NCBI GenBank assembly: GCA_965153285.1 | Contig: OZ229111.1 | Direction: 5' to 3' (one strand) | DNA length: 64,000 nt | DNA from: Podarcis tiliguerta | Taxonomy: Eukaryota | Made by a program: the position numbers and the translations under genes | The notes under the pieces: model-generated | What the model was told of the DNA's origin: nothing | Seen by the model: only the letters and a program-made list of their open reading frames with translations | The model's database searches: none | Shown: positions 46,843-57,931 of the stretch, piece by piece | Layout of the letters: each line of letters starts with the position of its first letter | Position numbering within the stretch: position 1 is the stretch's first letter

Positions 46843-47570
46843 AGGAGAAGGGGAAAAAAGAGATTTATTTATTAATTTATTTTTTTAAAGAAAGGGGGGG
46901 AGGGAATTGGGATTTAAAAAGTAAAAATATGAGTAAAAAGTGGCTGCAGCAGCAGTGCCCCCCCCTAAAAAGGAAAATATTTAAAAATGGGGGGGGGACG
47001 TGTTTTGTTTTTGTTTTGTTTTTTAAATTGGAAAAAATGAAAAATACTGGGGGTGGGGAACCTAACAAATAAAAATAGGGTTTTTTAGATGGTGTTAAGC
47101 TGCGTTCTCTTTTCTTGCGGGGAGTCCTCTGTTGTTCTGTTTCCCTCGGGGTCCCAGCCTGCTCTAGGCACATTAGCCTCTGTGGAGGTAGGCTTAGGTT
47201 GGGCCTGGGCTTGACTGCGTGGTTTTTCTTCTCCCTTTGTGTCATCGGCAGCAGCAGCAGCGAGGACAGTAAGCTGGGGAGGCTGGGGCTCCTTTCTCCT
47301 TTTTTCTTCTTTTTCTGCTGGCTCCTTAGGCCTCCAGGCCCCAGAGCTCCACCGGCTGATGGGCGGGTGTTCTCAGCCCTGGCTCAATGAGGATGGCTAA
47401 GGGAGTGTTTGGCGGCTCCCCCGGTTGACCTGCTGGGTGCCCCCAGTTCGACCCGGTGACGGCGTTAGCGGCAGCAATCCTGGTGGCCCGGGAGCCTGCC
47501 AGGCAGCGCAGTTAATGCTGGCTGCCTTCAGGAATTCTGCTGTGCCATGGCCCGCGCCATATTGCCTCCA
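46843..47570 (-). pseudogene. 5'-truncated processed retrocopy of an unidentified gene (C-terminal CDS plus 3'UTR)
   Basis: 14-bp direct repeats tttatattatttta (46829-46842 and 47571-47584). One 162-codon frame (47570 to 47085) with two premature stops, followed by UTR-like sequence and an AATAAA about 21 nt from the end. Confidence 0.65.
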
Positions 47571-47619
47571 TTTATATTATTTTAGATCATTTCACAGGAT
47601 ACTGATTTTTCTCGCTCTG

Positions 47620-47765
47620 CATCTTATCCTCACAACGACCTGATGAGGCAGATTCAGCTGAGAAACAGTGCCTGGTGCACAGTCATCCAGTGAGTTTCAT
47701 GGCTGAGTTGGCATTTGAACCCTGGTCTCTCCAGAGCCAAGTCACACACACTAACCACCACACTT
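47620..47765 (-). mobile_element. Old CORE/Squam3-like SINE fragment
   Basis: atcctcacaac...tttgaaccctggtct...ctaaccac, the reverse complement of a SINE head plus core. Confidence 0.6.
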
Positions 47766-47824
47766 TGCTAAGAATCAACATTCTACTAAAGTTCAACAGA
47801 AATTTATCCTCCCATAATTTAAGA

Positions 47825-48183
47825 CCCGGACGCGGGTGGCACTGTGGGTTAAACCATAGAGCCTAGGACTTGCCAATCAGAAGGTTGGCGGTTGAAATCC
47901 CCGTGACGGGGTGAGCTCCCTTTGTTCAGTCCCTGCTCCTGCCAACCTAGCAGTTGGAAAGCACGTCAAAGTGCAAGTAGATAAATAGGTACTGCTCCAG
48001 TGGGAAGGTAAACAGCGTTTCCGTGTGCTGCTCTGGTTCGCCAGAAGCGGCTTAGTCATGCTGGCCACATGACCTGGAAGCTTCTATGCTGGCTCCCTGG
48101 CCAATAAAGCGAGATGAGCGCTGCAATCCCAGAGTCAGCCATGACTGGACCTAATGGTCAGGGGTCCCTTTACCCTTTACCTT
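47825..48183 (+). mobile_element. Sauria-type SINE, near full length
   Basis: ggacgcgggtggcactgtggg head and (ACCTTT)n tail; TSD taatttaaga (47815-47824 and 48184-48193). Confidence 0.88.
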
Positions 48184-48249
48184 TAATTTAAGAGCATTAT
48201 ATCTAGGCCTGTCTTCTGGGGAAGTTGAAAGCAAGTCCTTGCCTCTTCT

Positions 48250-48450
48250 ATGTGACAGACCTTCTCCTATTTGGAGAGTCCCATCTCACTTTTCTTTCCT
48301 CCTGGCTGAACATGCCCATTTCCTTCAACTTTTCATCATAGGACTTGTTTTCCATACTGCTGATCACCTTTACTGCCCTCTTTGGAACCTGTTCCAGTTA
48401 GTTTATATACTTCTTAAAGTGTGGCATCCAAAACTATAGGTACAGGATGC
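48250..48450 (-). mobile_element. Degenerate CR1 LINE fragment
   Basis: Resembles antisense CR1 ORF2 3' region (...gccctcttttggaacctgttccag...ttcttaaagtgtggcatccaaaact). Confidence 0.5.
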
Positions 48451-50219
48451 CAACAAGTTAGTAGGATGTACTTTTTACCATTTAATGATCAATGAGGGTT
48501 AATGGGCCTTTGTATTTGATGCTACATCACTGTCCACAAATTTAGTGTCGGATATCCTAGAAATTATGATGGTTGAAAACCAAAACCTCAAATACTTGTC
48601 CTGTGTGGAGAACAAAGCCCAGTTGCTGCTGCTGCTATATTTGCCCTATTTAATATTCTCAAGCCAGTTCAATCTTACTAAAAGCTTACATTTGGTATCA
48701 TGTAGAAAAACAAATGGGTAGAAAATGAAATGGACATGTGCGTAGCCATTATTTTAATAAGGCTGACCATGTTGCACTGCTTTTCCCACCTGTGCGGGTA
48801 AGCAGGAAGGAAAAGATTATTCTTTTTGCTTTCTGATCCAAGGAAGACAGTGAAGTGGGTTGTCTGCTTATTATTCACTCACTGTTCCCCAGCTGGTATT
48901 ACAAATGGGCCACTTTTTAAAGTGACAAGGAGCATTATTCTCATTGCAGCACATTAGTGCATATATAATTCATTTCCTCTTAGAAAGCCTCAGCAGCACT
49001 ACCTCCTGCTCATTTTTTCTGTGCCATAGTTTGCCTGATACTAAAGATGTGTAGGTGGTAGGAGTATCAGTGAGCTTGTGAGAACATGAATCATATTCCC
49101 AGGTGTCAACCTGGCTTGCTGATTTGTTGATTTAGCTACTTTCTTCAAGAATGGTGCCAATGTGTTTATTCCTATTTCTCTCCTGCCACCAAAAACAAAC
49201 ACACCGCTCTGATTGCAGATGGTAGGTTTCTTTGTTTTTACAGTGAATGGTTTTTTTATGAGTAGCTACCACCTCCGTTTGAGCCTAGCCATTTCCCCTT
49301 CCTACTTCTCTCTCCACACCTTCCCTCAATCTGCTTAGGAGGCTTGAGAGAATCCCCCAAAACAGATTGACAGATGTCGTCCCACTCCCACTGACTTCCT
49401 TGGTTACATCACAACAATGGAAACTTACTTCTCCAAACGCACAAGCTGAAAACCACACAAAATACAATGAAATACTCTGCAGCAATATCCTCCTACAGGT
49501 ATAACCACCAGCATGGATCCACTCACAAGTAATACTCTGCTGTGGTCCCCAGTATTTGCCCCAAACATGCTGTGTGGTAGTGCTGGGCCTGACCTAGTCT
49601 GCTGCAGACTTGGCCTGCCTTCCTCAGGCTTAGCAATGCAATCATTATGGAATACTCCCATGAGGATTTGTGTCTATTTTGAAAGCTTCCATCTGTCAGG
49701 GCTAAATGCATCTGATACCAAAGGCTATTGCAATGCCATCTGAGCAAAAGAAGAGCAGGGGACAGCTTCCACCTGCAAATATTAAACTACCTCAGCACAT
49801 GTAATATTTGAAGCATCAGTACTTTTCTTAACTGGCATGGCTGATCATGCAACTACATTGTTAGCCAAAATAGTGTCTGCCTGACATATGCAGTGTGCAG
49901 TTTGTTGGGTTGACAGCTGGGTATTGCTGTTTTTCACATTGGCAGCCTGTGTTCCAGTCTCTGTTCATCCTTATGAGACGTTGGTGGCCTTTGCCATATC
50001 ACTGGCTCCAGCCACATACAGCAAGTATACTCATTCGCATTGACAGCTACATCCAGACAATTCAATGGGACCTGAATGAACACTGTCTATCTGTGTCCAT
50101 AGAAAATCTCTGTATGCAACTGCATGTTTCCTTGAGCCAACCTCCCTTGCTGCATCCAACTCCTGGATTTGCTTATCTGTAAAATGGAAGCAATGGCGAC
50201 CTAACTCATGGGCTACATG

Positions 50220-50982
50220 CAGTGCTTTTTTAAAATAAAAAAATGTTTAGGGGTACAGTGGTACCTCAGGTTACAGACGCTTCAGGTTACAGACTGCTAA
50301 CCCAGAAATAGTACCTCAGGTTAAGAACTTTGCTTCAGGATAAGAACAGAAATCGCGTGATGGCGGCAGCAAGAGCCCCCTTAGCTAAAGTGGTACCTCA
50401 GGTTAAGGACAGTTTCAGGTTAAGAACAGACCTCCAGAAAGAATTAAGTTCTTAACGCGAGGTACCACTGTACTCTCATTTTGACTCAAGAAAATCACCA
50501 TTTTATAGTTCAAATCGAGAAAAATAAATACAGTAAATGGACAAAAGTACTAAGAACATGCATTACCTCATATTACACAGCTGACAGCTCACAGTAACTT
50601 CCACAATGAGGCCAAACTTTCATCAGTAAAACACCACACATCCACATTCCACACTACTTCACACACTAAAAGCTCGCTTCCATCTGAGACTCAGGAAACA
50701 CCAGGAAAGGAAATTAAGCCGCCATCAGAGGTGGTAACAACAAAACCGACCAATCACCGTGCTAGATTCCAACTCCTGGCTTCAAGCATTAAACACTCGC
50801 TTTCATCTGAGACTCCGGAAACACTGTGACAGGAAATGAGGCCACCATTGGGGGTAGCAATGGAACTGACGATTCACCATGCTAGAGAAGAAACTAATTT
50901 TTAAAAGTTTCTTCTCCCGTTAGATTCACAAAATGTTTAGGGGTACACGTACCCCTGCATCCCCCTAGAAAAAAAAACACTG
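50220..50982. mobile_element. hAT-type non-autonomous element (host of a nested MITE)
   Basis: TIRs cagtgcttttt / aaaaaacactg; 8-bp TSD gctacatg (50212-50219 and 50983-50990). Confidence 0.85.
50256..50470. mobile_element. Tc1/mariner-type MITE nested in the hAT element
   Basis: TIRs cagtggtacctc / gaggtaccactg with TA duplication. Confidence 0.85.
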
Positions 50983-51446
50983 GCTACATGTAAGGATTAA
51001 TAAAAGACAAGGAAATGGTTTCCACCACTTGTGACCTGGATACAGGAAGGACCAACTTCTCCCACATAACCCTGCTTGTATGCTGAGATTATATTTGGAC
51101 GGTAGCAGATGGTATGGTGGCCTTACAGTAAGGTACAGGATGACCAAGGCAGCATGGAAGATGCCCACACAATTGTATGTATTTTTGTGGAAGTAACACC
51201 TGGGAGCTGACAACTTTACATAACCAAATTAGCAAGGTGAGGATAATTTATATTGAGTAGAAGCATCAGTGCAGAGTGTGGTTTGCTTTGAAGTCACCCC
51301 CGCCACCTCTTTTTAGTTTAGTTTGAGTCCTTGGATAAGTGTCTGTCTGGCTCACTACCCATTTACTGTGCTTGCAGTAAATGGATTTTGGGTCTGAATT
51401 TTGGGCTGGACACGCAGTTTTAGTTATCATACATGACCACTTCAGT

Positions 51447-51575
51447 TACAAGTAGGTAGCCGTGTTGGTCTGCTGTAGTCTAAACAAAATTTAAAAATGC
51501 ACATGAAAGCTCATACCAATAACAAACTTAGTTGGTCTCTAAAGTGCTACTGGAAGGAATTTTTTAATTTTGTTA
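51447..51575. mobile_element. Penelope-like terminal remnant
   Basis: gtagccgtgttggtctg and gaaagctcataccaataacaaacttagttggtctctaaagtgctactggaagg, shared with 20719-20894. Confidence 0.6.
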
Positions 51576-53140
51576 TTACCATTTCAGGACATACTGAACT
51601 CTCCTTGAGTCTACTCAGTCAGCCTTGCTTTGACAGTTTTGCTTACATGAACAGAAGGCACTCTAGGTCTTTGTGAAGAAAAAAATTAAAATTTTGTGGC
51701 TAACAATTATATTGGGGTTTTTTGTGGGTCTTACATGCAAAATCCACTAGATGGCACAGCTTTGTCATAGATTTGATGCAAAGTGGAATGGATTTCAGAT
51801 GTGAACTGAAAGCAAACTCTCCTTAGGGCTGCAGAGGTGGCTTTCAGAAACCAGACATGTGGGCAATATTTTAAAAGGCATAGGGGAAATGCTTCCCCAT
51901 GTTAGCTATGACTAATTCACAAAGGTTCCAAAAAACAATGTGGAAGTGGAGGAATTGCCAGTGTTCCCTCGTGCAAAGGACAATCACTTCCCATTTGTGG
52001 CTTCTCATATGCCATATTACAGAATGTGGATGCATATGAAACAATACAGGAATAAACTAGTGACGAGGAAACACTGGTCCTCTCAAACATCACTGGACTT
52101 CAACTTCCATCATCCATAACTGCTGGCCATGCTCACTGGGGCTGAAAGGAGTTGAAGTCTAGCCACATACGGCCAAGGGCTCCCTCTCCCTGCTCTAAGA
52201 ATTATAAGAGGGAGGGTGAGAGGGTGCTAAGAAAAGCGGAATCCCTATGAGGAGGATGAGTTGATGATGATAATGAATTACTAGGGTGAGGTTAGAAGCA
52301 GGACCAGCCCTATCATTAGACAGGCTGAGTTGGCTTCCACAGATGCTTTGGGGCAGGAAACAGTGTCAAGGTGTTGCAGGACAGCGCCGTGTGTGCTTCA
52401 TCACCTGCTCCCTTTCTAAAACAGTCTGCTGCCTTCAAGTGTGATAGAGGATGATTCCCCACTGTTAGTGCTGAAGAAAGTTTTAACATAACATGGCAGG
52501 GGATGGGGATATCTTGCTTTTTGCCTTAAGACCAGCCCTCGTTCACTAGGAAAGTAAAAGAGAACCCCTTAGCACAAAGATGGAAGATGTTGCTAAGTCT
52601 AAGGGAAACTCTGCCTGCTGATGGGGGGCAGAGGCAGAAGCAGAGGTGAGTGGCACAGTGACCACACATTTTAGCTTTGAATGGTAAGCTAGCTTGTGTT
52701 ACACCCATGCCTCTTTGTCAGAAGTCAAGGACATATTCTGGCTGGGCAAAAATGCAGAGCCAGTGAGGGGTGTGGCCTGGGGAGGGGTGAGGTTCCCTGC
52801 CTCTGCCTTAGTGCTTCATGTAATTTGATCAGCAGGGCATTATAATTAACCTGAAAAACCCATTTTGCAGTCCAGCAGCATTCCTGACCCGCCCCATTTT
52901 ACCTCAAGCTGCCATATAGGGGGAAAGGACTTAATACAAATCTTACTATGCAAACTTCAAATAGTTTATCCAGGTTCTTGAGATCTATTAGCTGGATGTC
53001 CTATTTTTAGGGATGTTTGACTTGTTTGGAACAAGTCACTGAGGTAAAAATTCTCCTGAATTTACACAAAGACATGCATGTGCTTGCCACAATATGGCCT
53101 AGCTGCAGTGGCGGCATCAATTTCACTATATCCTGCTTAC

Positions 53141-53143
<3 letters not shown>

Positions 53144-53196
<53 letters not shown>
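53144..53196. repeat. (AG)n microsatellite
   Basis: About 26 perfect AG units. Confidence 0.98.
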
Positions 53197-53198
<2 letters not shown>

Positions 53199-56100
53199 CA
53201 TGGTCTCATATGGGGCTACTACCATGGCTTGGCTCATTATTCATTTGTTTCATGATTTGTATTACATCGTCATAGATAAAATGGATGGTGGAAACTGTAG
53301 CCCGATATATACTGCAGGGCACTATTTTTAGGAAGGCTCCTCCAACCACTACGTAACACTACTGAGATGTCATTGCCAACACCCGGGAGGATTCTACTGA
53401 GGGAATGTTAAATGTACTTGGTTGTCTATTCTGTTCTCTAACATGCCATTTACAAGTTTTGAGTACATGCTTTCCCCCTCACACACCTCTTTGATATTTT
53501 TCAAGTTTCCAGGGAAAGGTTCTTCTGACATCTGAAACAAAGCTATTGATTCTCACAAGCTAAGGAAAATCGGACCGTTTGAACCAAGATGCCTCATTTC
53601 ATTATTTGCAAAATTGGTGGTGCATGTATAGTGACATTTGGTAACAAAGGATGCAGACAGCCTCCCAAAATAAGTGACAGTTTTGCTGTGACTTCCTACT
53701 GGACTAGGGGTTTGGCACTGATGCCATACTTCACATACTAATTCTAATTAAATTACACACACACACACAGAGAGAGAGAGAGAGGGGGGGGGGAGAAACT
53801 TATCAATTTTAAATACAAAAATCTAACACTAAATTGTTAAAGACTGGAATGTCCATCACAGACAATGCCAGAGGGGTGGGGGGTGGGGTAAGCACCCTCT
53901 GAAAAGGACCTTGCCCCCCCATTCCTGAACTCCTGTCATTAACATATGATGTCAATTTTCTTTCTTACCCACCTAGAAATATACCTTGCTCCTTCTGTGT
54001 TTCCCCTGCCCTAAATCCCCCCCCCATGTCATCACTTATGTCCAGTCTTAAGATTCACCTTTGTGAAGTGTGGGGCTGATTTGGATCATTGCTCAGTCCT
54101 GGCTTTAATTAGTGTCTGACCCACAGATTGCGTGTTTTGTTTCCTCATAAAGTTATTAATGACTCGTGGTTTTCTTTTCCCCCACGATAAATTAATTGGT
54201 ATCTCTACCCTGGTAGCAAAGATTTCCATCTTGAGTTTATAATTGCAGTCCTTCCCTCTGTGGGTTTTTAATGTCGCCTGTTAATTACTTCCCTGTACAT
54301 GGGACAGCAGAATCCATACTGGGGGTCCCCCAGTCAAGTCTCCCTCCACCAGTCATTCCTCTCCAGCCGTGCATTTGGAGATAACTAGGGTTGGTATTTT
54401 GCATGCTTTTGTGGGCTGCTCACCCAGCTAAATTCAGCCTATTCAGACTAACACAAAGCTCTGTGATCAAAAGTATCGCTCTTCAGCCATTGTGAGATAT
54501 TTTTAGCATCTACAAAGGCAGAGAAGATGGAAAGCAGGCAAAGTGCAATATCTGTAATCGAATTGCTGCACTTAAAAAGGAACCGTCGAGTACTTTGTCT
54601 CAGGTTTGACCTACCATGATGATTCTCATTAATCTGGTCTGATGGAGAAGAGGGGGAGAGAAGGAGAGGGTTAGCCAGGCTGTATAAACAAGGAAGAAAC
54701 ACCTCCTTTTCTTGTTTTGTTTTAAGATGCATCACACACACCAGCGCAGTCGCTGGCAATGAGGGGGAAACCTCCCCAAGTCAAACAAGATCTGAAGGGA
54801 CCTGAGCTAAACGACTACATTGGTTGGGGCTTGAGCCTGCCCATACAGACAAGAAGCTATCATTCCCTCCTGCTAAATTGTTGGCTTTTTTCAAACCTTG
54901 GTGTAATGGAGGTTTATTTAAATTCTTCCCTGCAGTAGGCTCAGTATGGCATACTGATGTGAATGCAAACAATGGGCTCAAGTCATTACCAAGGCCTAAG
55001 TCCTACTCAGAGTAGACCCATTTAAAATTAATGGACATGGCATAAAGTCAGGACTATTTTCTGACCCTGCTTACAAAGGAGATTTTGCCCCCTCAAAATA
55101 TTCTCAATCATGACCTTGTTGATTTACATAATCACAGTATCCTCAGAGTTACTGTTTGATTATCTTAATTACTGGGTCAGTTTTGGATCTCTGCTCTTTT
55201 TCCCCCCCTGCAGAGATTGACTTTGGTTATTAACTTTCCATTGTGATTATGCTAAAGGAGTCACAATCTCCGTCAGCCCCTGCATTTCTCCTAGGATGAC
55301 CCCGGATTACTATCGGGTTAACCAGGACTAGTGCTCATTTGAAATGCACTAGTTGAAGGGCAAATCAATTAGTTCATTAAAAAAACTCGTAGAGTTCTAT
55401 TGCTGATCAGGGACTTGGGTGGTTGCAATCATCTCAGGCAGTGATGTACTGCTAGACAAATAGATCAGTGCCTTTCAATTTCCCATACCCTGGGGTGAAA
55501 TCCACTGACAATGTCAGGGAACCAGCATTGCATAAATTAGTGTGCCAAACATCCATCTTCTAATTCAGTATCAAAGTAGGCTTCTCACCAACTGGTCAAA
55601 TGATGTTAAGTACCCCCTGCCCCTTTCAAACATCACAGTTGCCCCTGAAGCTAGTCCAAGCCTGGAGACAGACATATAATCATTTAACTTTCTTGTCTCA
55701 GTATTGGTTAAAATTTGAGTTCAAAACCCTTCAGATGACACAGCTCTGAGCAAGGCTTCAAAAGGGGGATTGCAAACACCCAGCAGCCACATGACAGTGG
55801 TAAACAGCACAAGCCTACTCAGGAGTAAGCCTCCCTAGTTAGTAGCTTCAGGTTGCAACTTTAAAAGCAGGGGTGGGGAAACCAGATATTGCTGTACTAC
55901 AACTTCCAGCATGCCTTGGGGGAGGGGGGGGGAACAGGGTTCCCCAATTCATGCCTAAAAGCTTAGTGAGCAGTTAGCTCATTGTCTGAAGTCTCTGGAC
56001 TTGCAGTTAAACCCAGCATTGCTGCTCATTAATGCAGAATAACCCTAAACATGAAACAAAGTCCTGGCACTGTGCTTTGGAAGGCTGTCTGTAGTGTAAC

Positions 56101-57430
56101 AAAAAAAGGGTCTCTCATTCTCTCTCTGGGTGGGTGTGAATGTGGGTGTCATAGGTGGGAGGCATATTTCTGGAGGGGCTTTCTCTCTCATGCTTTGGGA
56201 AATCTTACACACTGCTTCCACTCATCCAAATGGGGCATTCAACTGGAAAAAGCAAAACCAAACCCTCCTCCTTGACTCTTAATGCACTCCCTTCTTAAAC
56301 AGTCCAGCTGCAGCATTTCTGGACCTACTGCAGTTTCTGAATGCTCCTCAATAGCAGCTGGCTGTAGAGCACATTGCAGTAATCCAGACATGGCGCCAGT
56401 CAAGTACTTGCCATCTCTCCCCTTCACTTGCCACTCCAGTCCTTTTGCCTGCTTTCTCCCTTCACTGCCTGCTGTTGGAAGCAGGACTCCTTTTTGCTGG
56501 CCACCTTCCTTAGTCTTCATCAGTAGCCTGACACCCAGAAGTTAAGCAGGTGATGCTTTACCTGACATGGAAAAAAGTGCTGATGCAGATAACTTGAAAC
56601 ACTCAAGGAACAGGGCAGTGGCAGCTTATTTGTTTTACATCTGGCTTAGTATGCACAGGAGAGAGAGGCTGACTAAAAAGTGAAGTAAGAAAATCTCACC
56701 ACCATGGCCACCACCGCCACTGGGGATAAGGAAAAGCAAAGCTTTTGGCAAAATGCCCACTCCCTGTGAAGCTCAAAGGTAGCCCTGGAGTGCCTGTAAA
56801 CACATTTCTTTCGCTTGGCTTCACACCTCCCTGCAGGAGTTCATGCATTTTTTATCCCTACCTTTAAAAATATGGTTAGCATGTTCATTAAATGAATAAG
56901 ATTATTATTAATTTTAATTTATCTTGTTTATTGAGACCAGCTGTTCATTAACATTTATTTATCTGCTTATTTTGCAGCTAAACCAATTATGTAAAATGCG
57001 CCGTGTTTCATGCCTAGGGAGGCATTGCCATTTTGAACTGCAGAGCCCATTAAAATAAAATAAAATGGTGAGGGGTTTTCATGGTATCCTGCCGCCTGCT
57101 GTCCATCTGTGACCATAGGGCAGTCACTTACGCATTACCAAAACAAAACAAAAAAGGAAGCCCCTCACCAAAACAGAGGATAAAAGAGGGCATAGGTTTA
57201 CATTAATTGAAATACATTAATGTACAGGTGCACATTTTAGAAATGATTCCTATTATTTATATGGAAAAAAGCAATGCATCTCACTATAGTGGGGAAGGCC
57301 ACTCGGTCTGCTGTCCTGATCTTGAAACTAGACTCTGAGACAGTCTTTCCAACATAGGGCTGGTCCCCCCCCGCAAATACTGTCCACAAAGAGCCCTTCA
57401 AACAGAGAACTGTCCTCTGCAAAGTAGGAT

Positions 57431-57688
57431 CAGTGGCGAAGCTGCATGCTCCGACACTGGGGGTGGAGAGCAGGTGGGGCTGTGGCTGGTGAGCATCCAG
57501 CGGGGCATGGCATGCATCCCATGGGCACCAGACACTGCCCACAGGGGCATGGCGCACTGCTGCGGTGGCGTGGTGCCCCAGCGCGGTGGGGGCACATGCA
57601 GCACGTGTCCGGGGTCGGCCGCTATGGTACCCCCCTTCCCGATGGTGCCTGGGGCGGTGCACTCCCCCCCCCCGTTCCTCCGCCAGTG
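57431..57688. mobile_element. GC-rich hAT-type MITE
   Basis: TIRs cagtggcg / cgccagtg (1 mismatch); 8-bp TSD agtaggat (57423-57430 and 57689-57696). Confidence 0.8.
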
Positions 57689-57789
57689 AGTAGGATGCAT
57701 AGCTATTCCACTTGGGAGTTTCCATGTGCAGAAGCTAAATGCATGCGGAGAAGGGAATAAGATCAAGGGTTCAAGCATATCAAGGGTTC

Positions 57790-57931
57790 AAGTGTTCCGG
57801 TTTTCGAACGTTTTTCGGAAGCCAAATGTCTGAGGCTTCTGCAGCCAATTGGAAGCCATGCCTTGGTTTTTGAACATTTTGGAAGTCAAATGGACTTCCG
57901 GAACAGATTACTTTCAAGAACCAAGGTACTA
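57790..57931. mobile_element. Mariner/Tigger-like MITE end fragment
   Basis: ggacttccggaac...gaaccaaggtactac terminus, similar to the other mariner MITEs here. Confidence 0.5.

Noticed and set aside
46877-47245. 122-aa ORF MTQREKKN... and an L1 5'UTR reading of the insertion (YY1-like AATATGGCG)
   Set aside because: The ORF runs into homopolymer UTR sequence. A different frame spanning the insertion from its first base, with a stop and AATAAA, fits a retrocopy better.
57237-57778. Cluster of GC-rich ORFs
   Set aside because: They coincide with a TSD-flanked hAT MITE.
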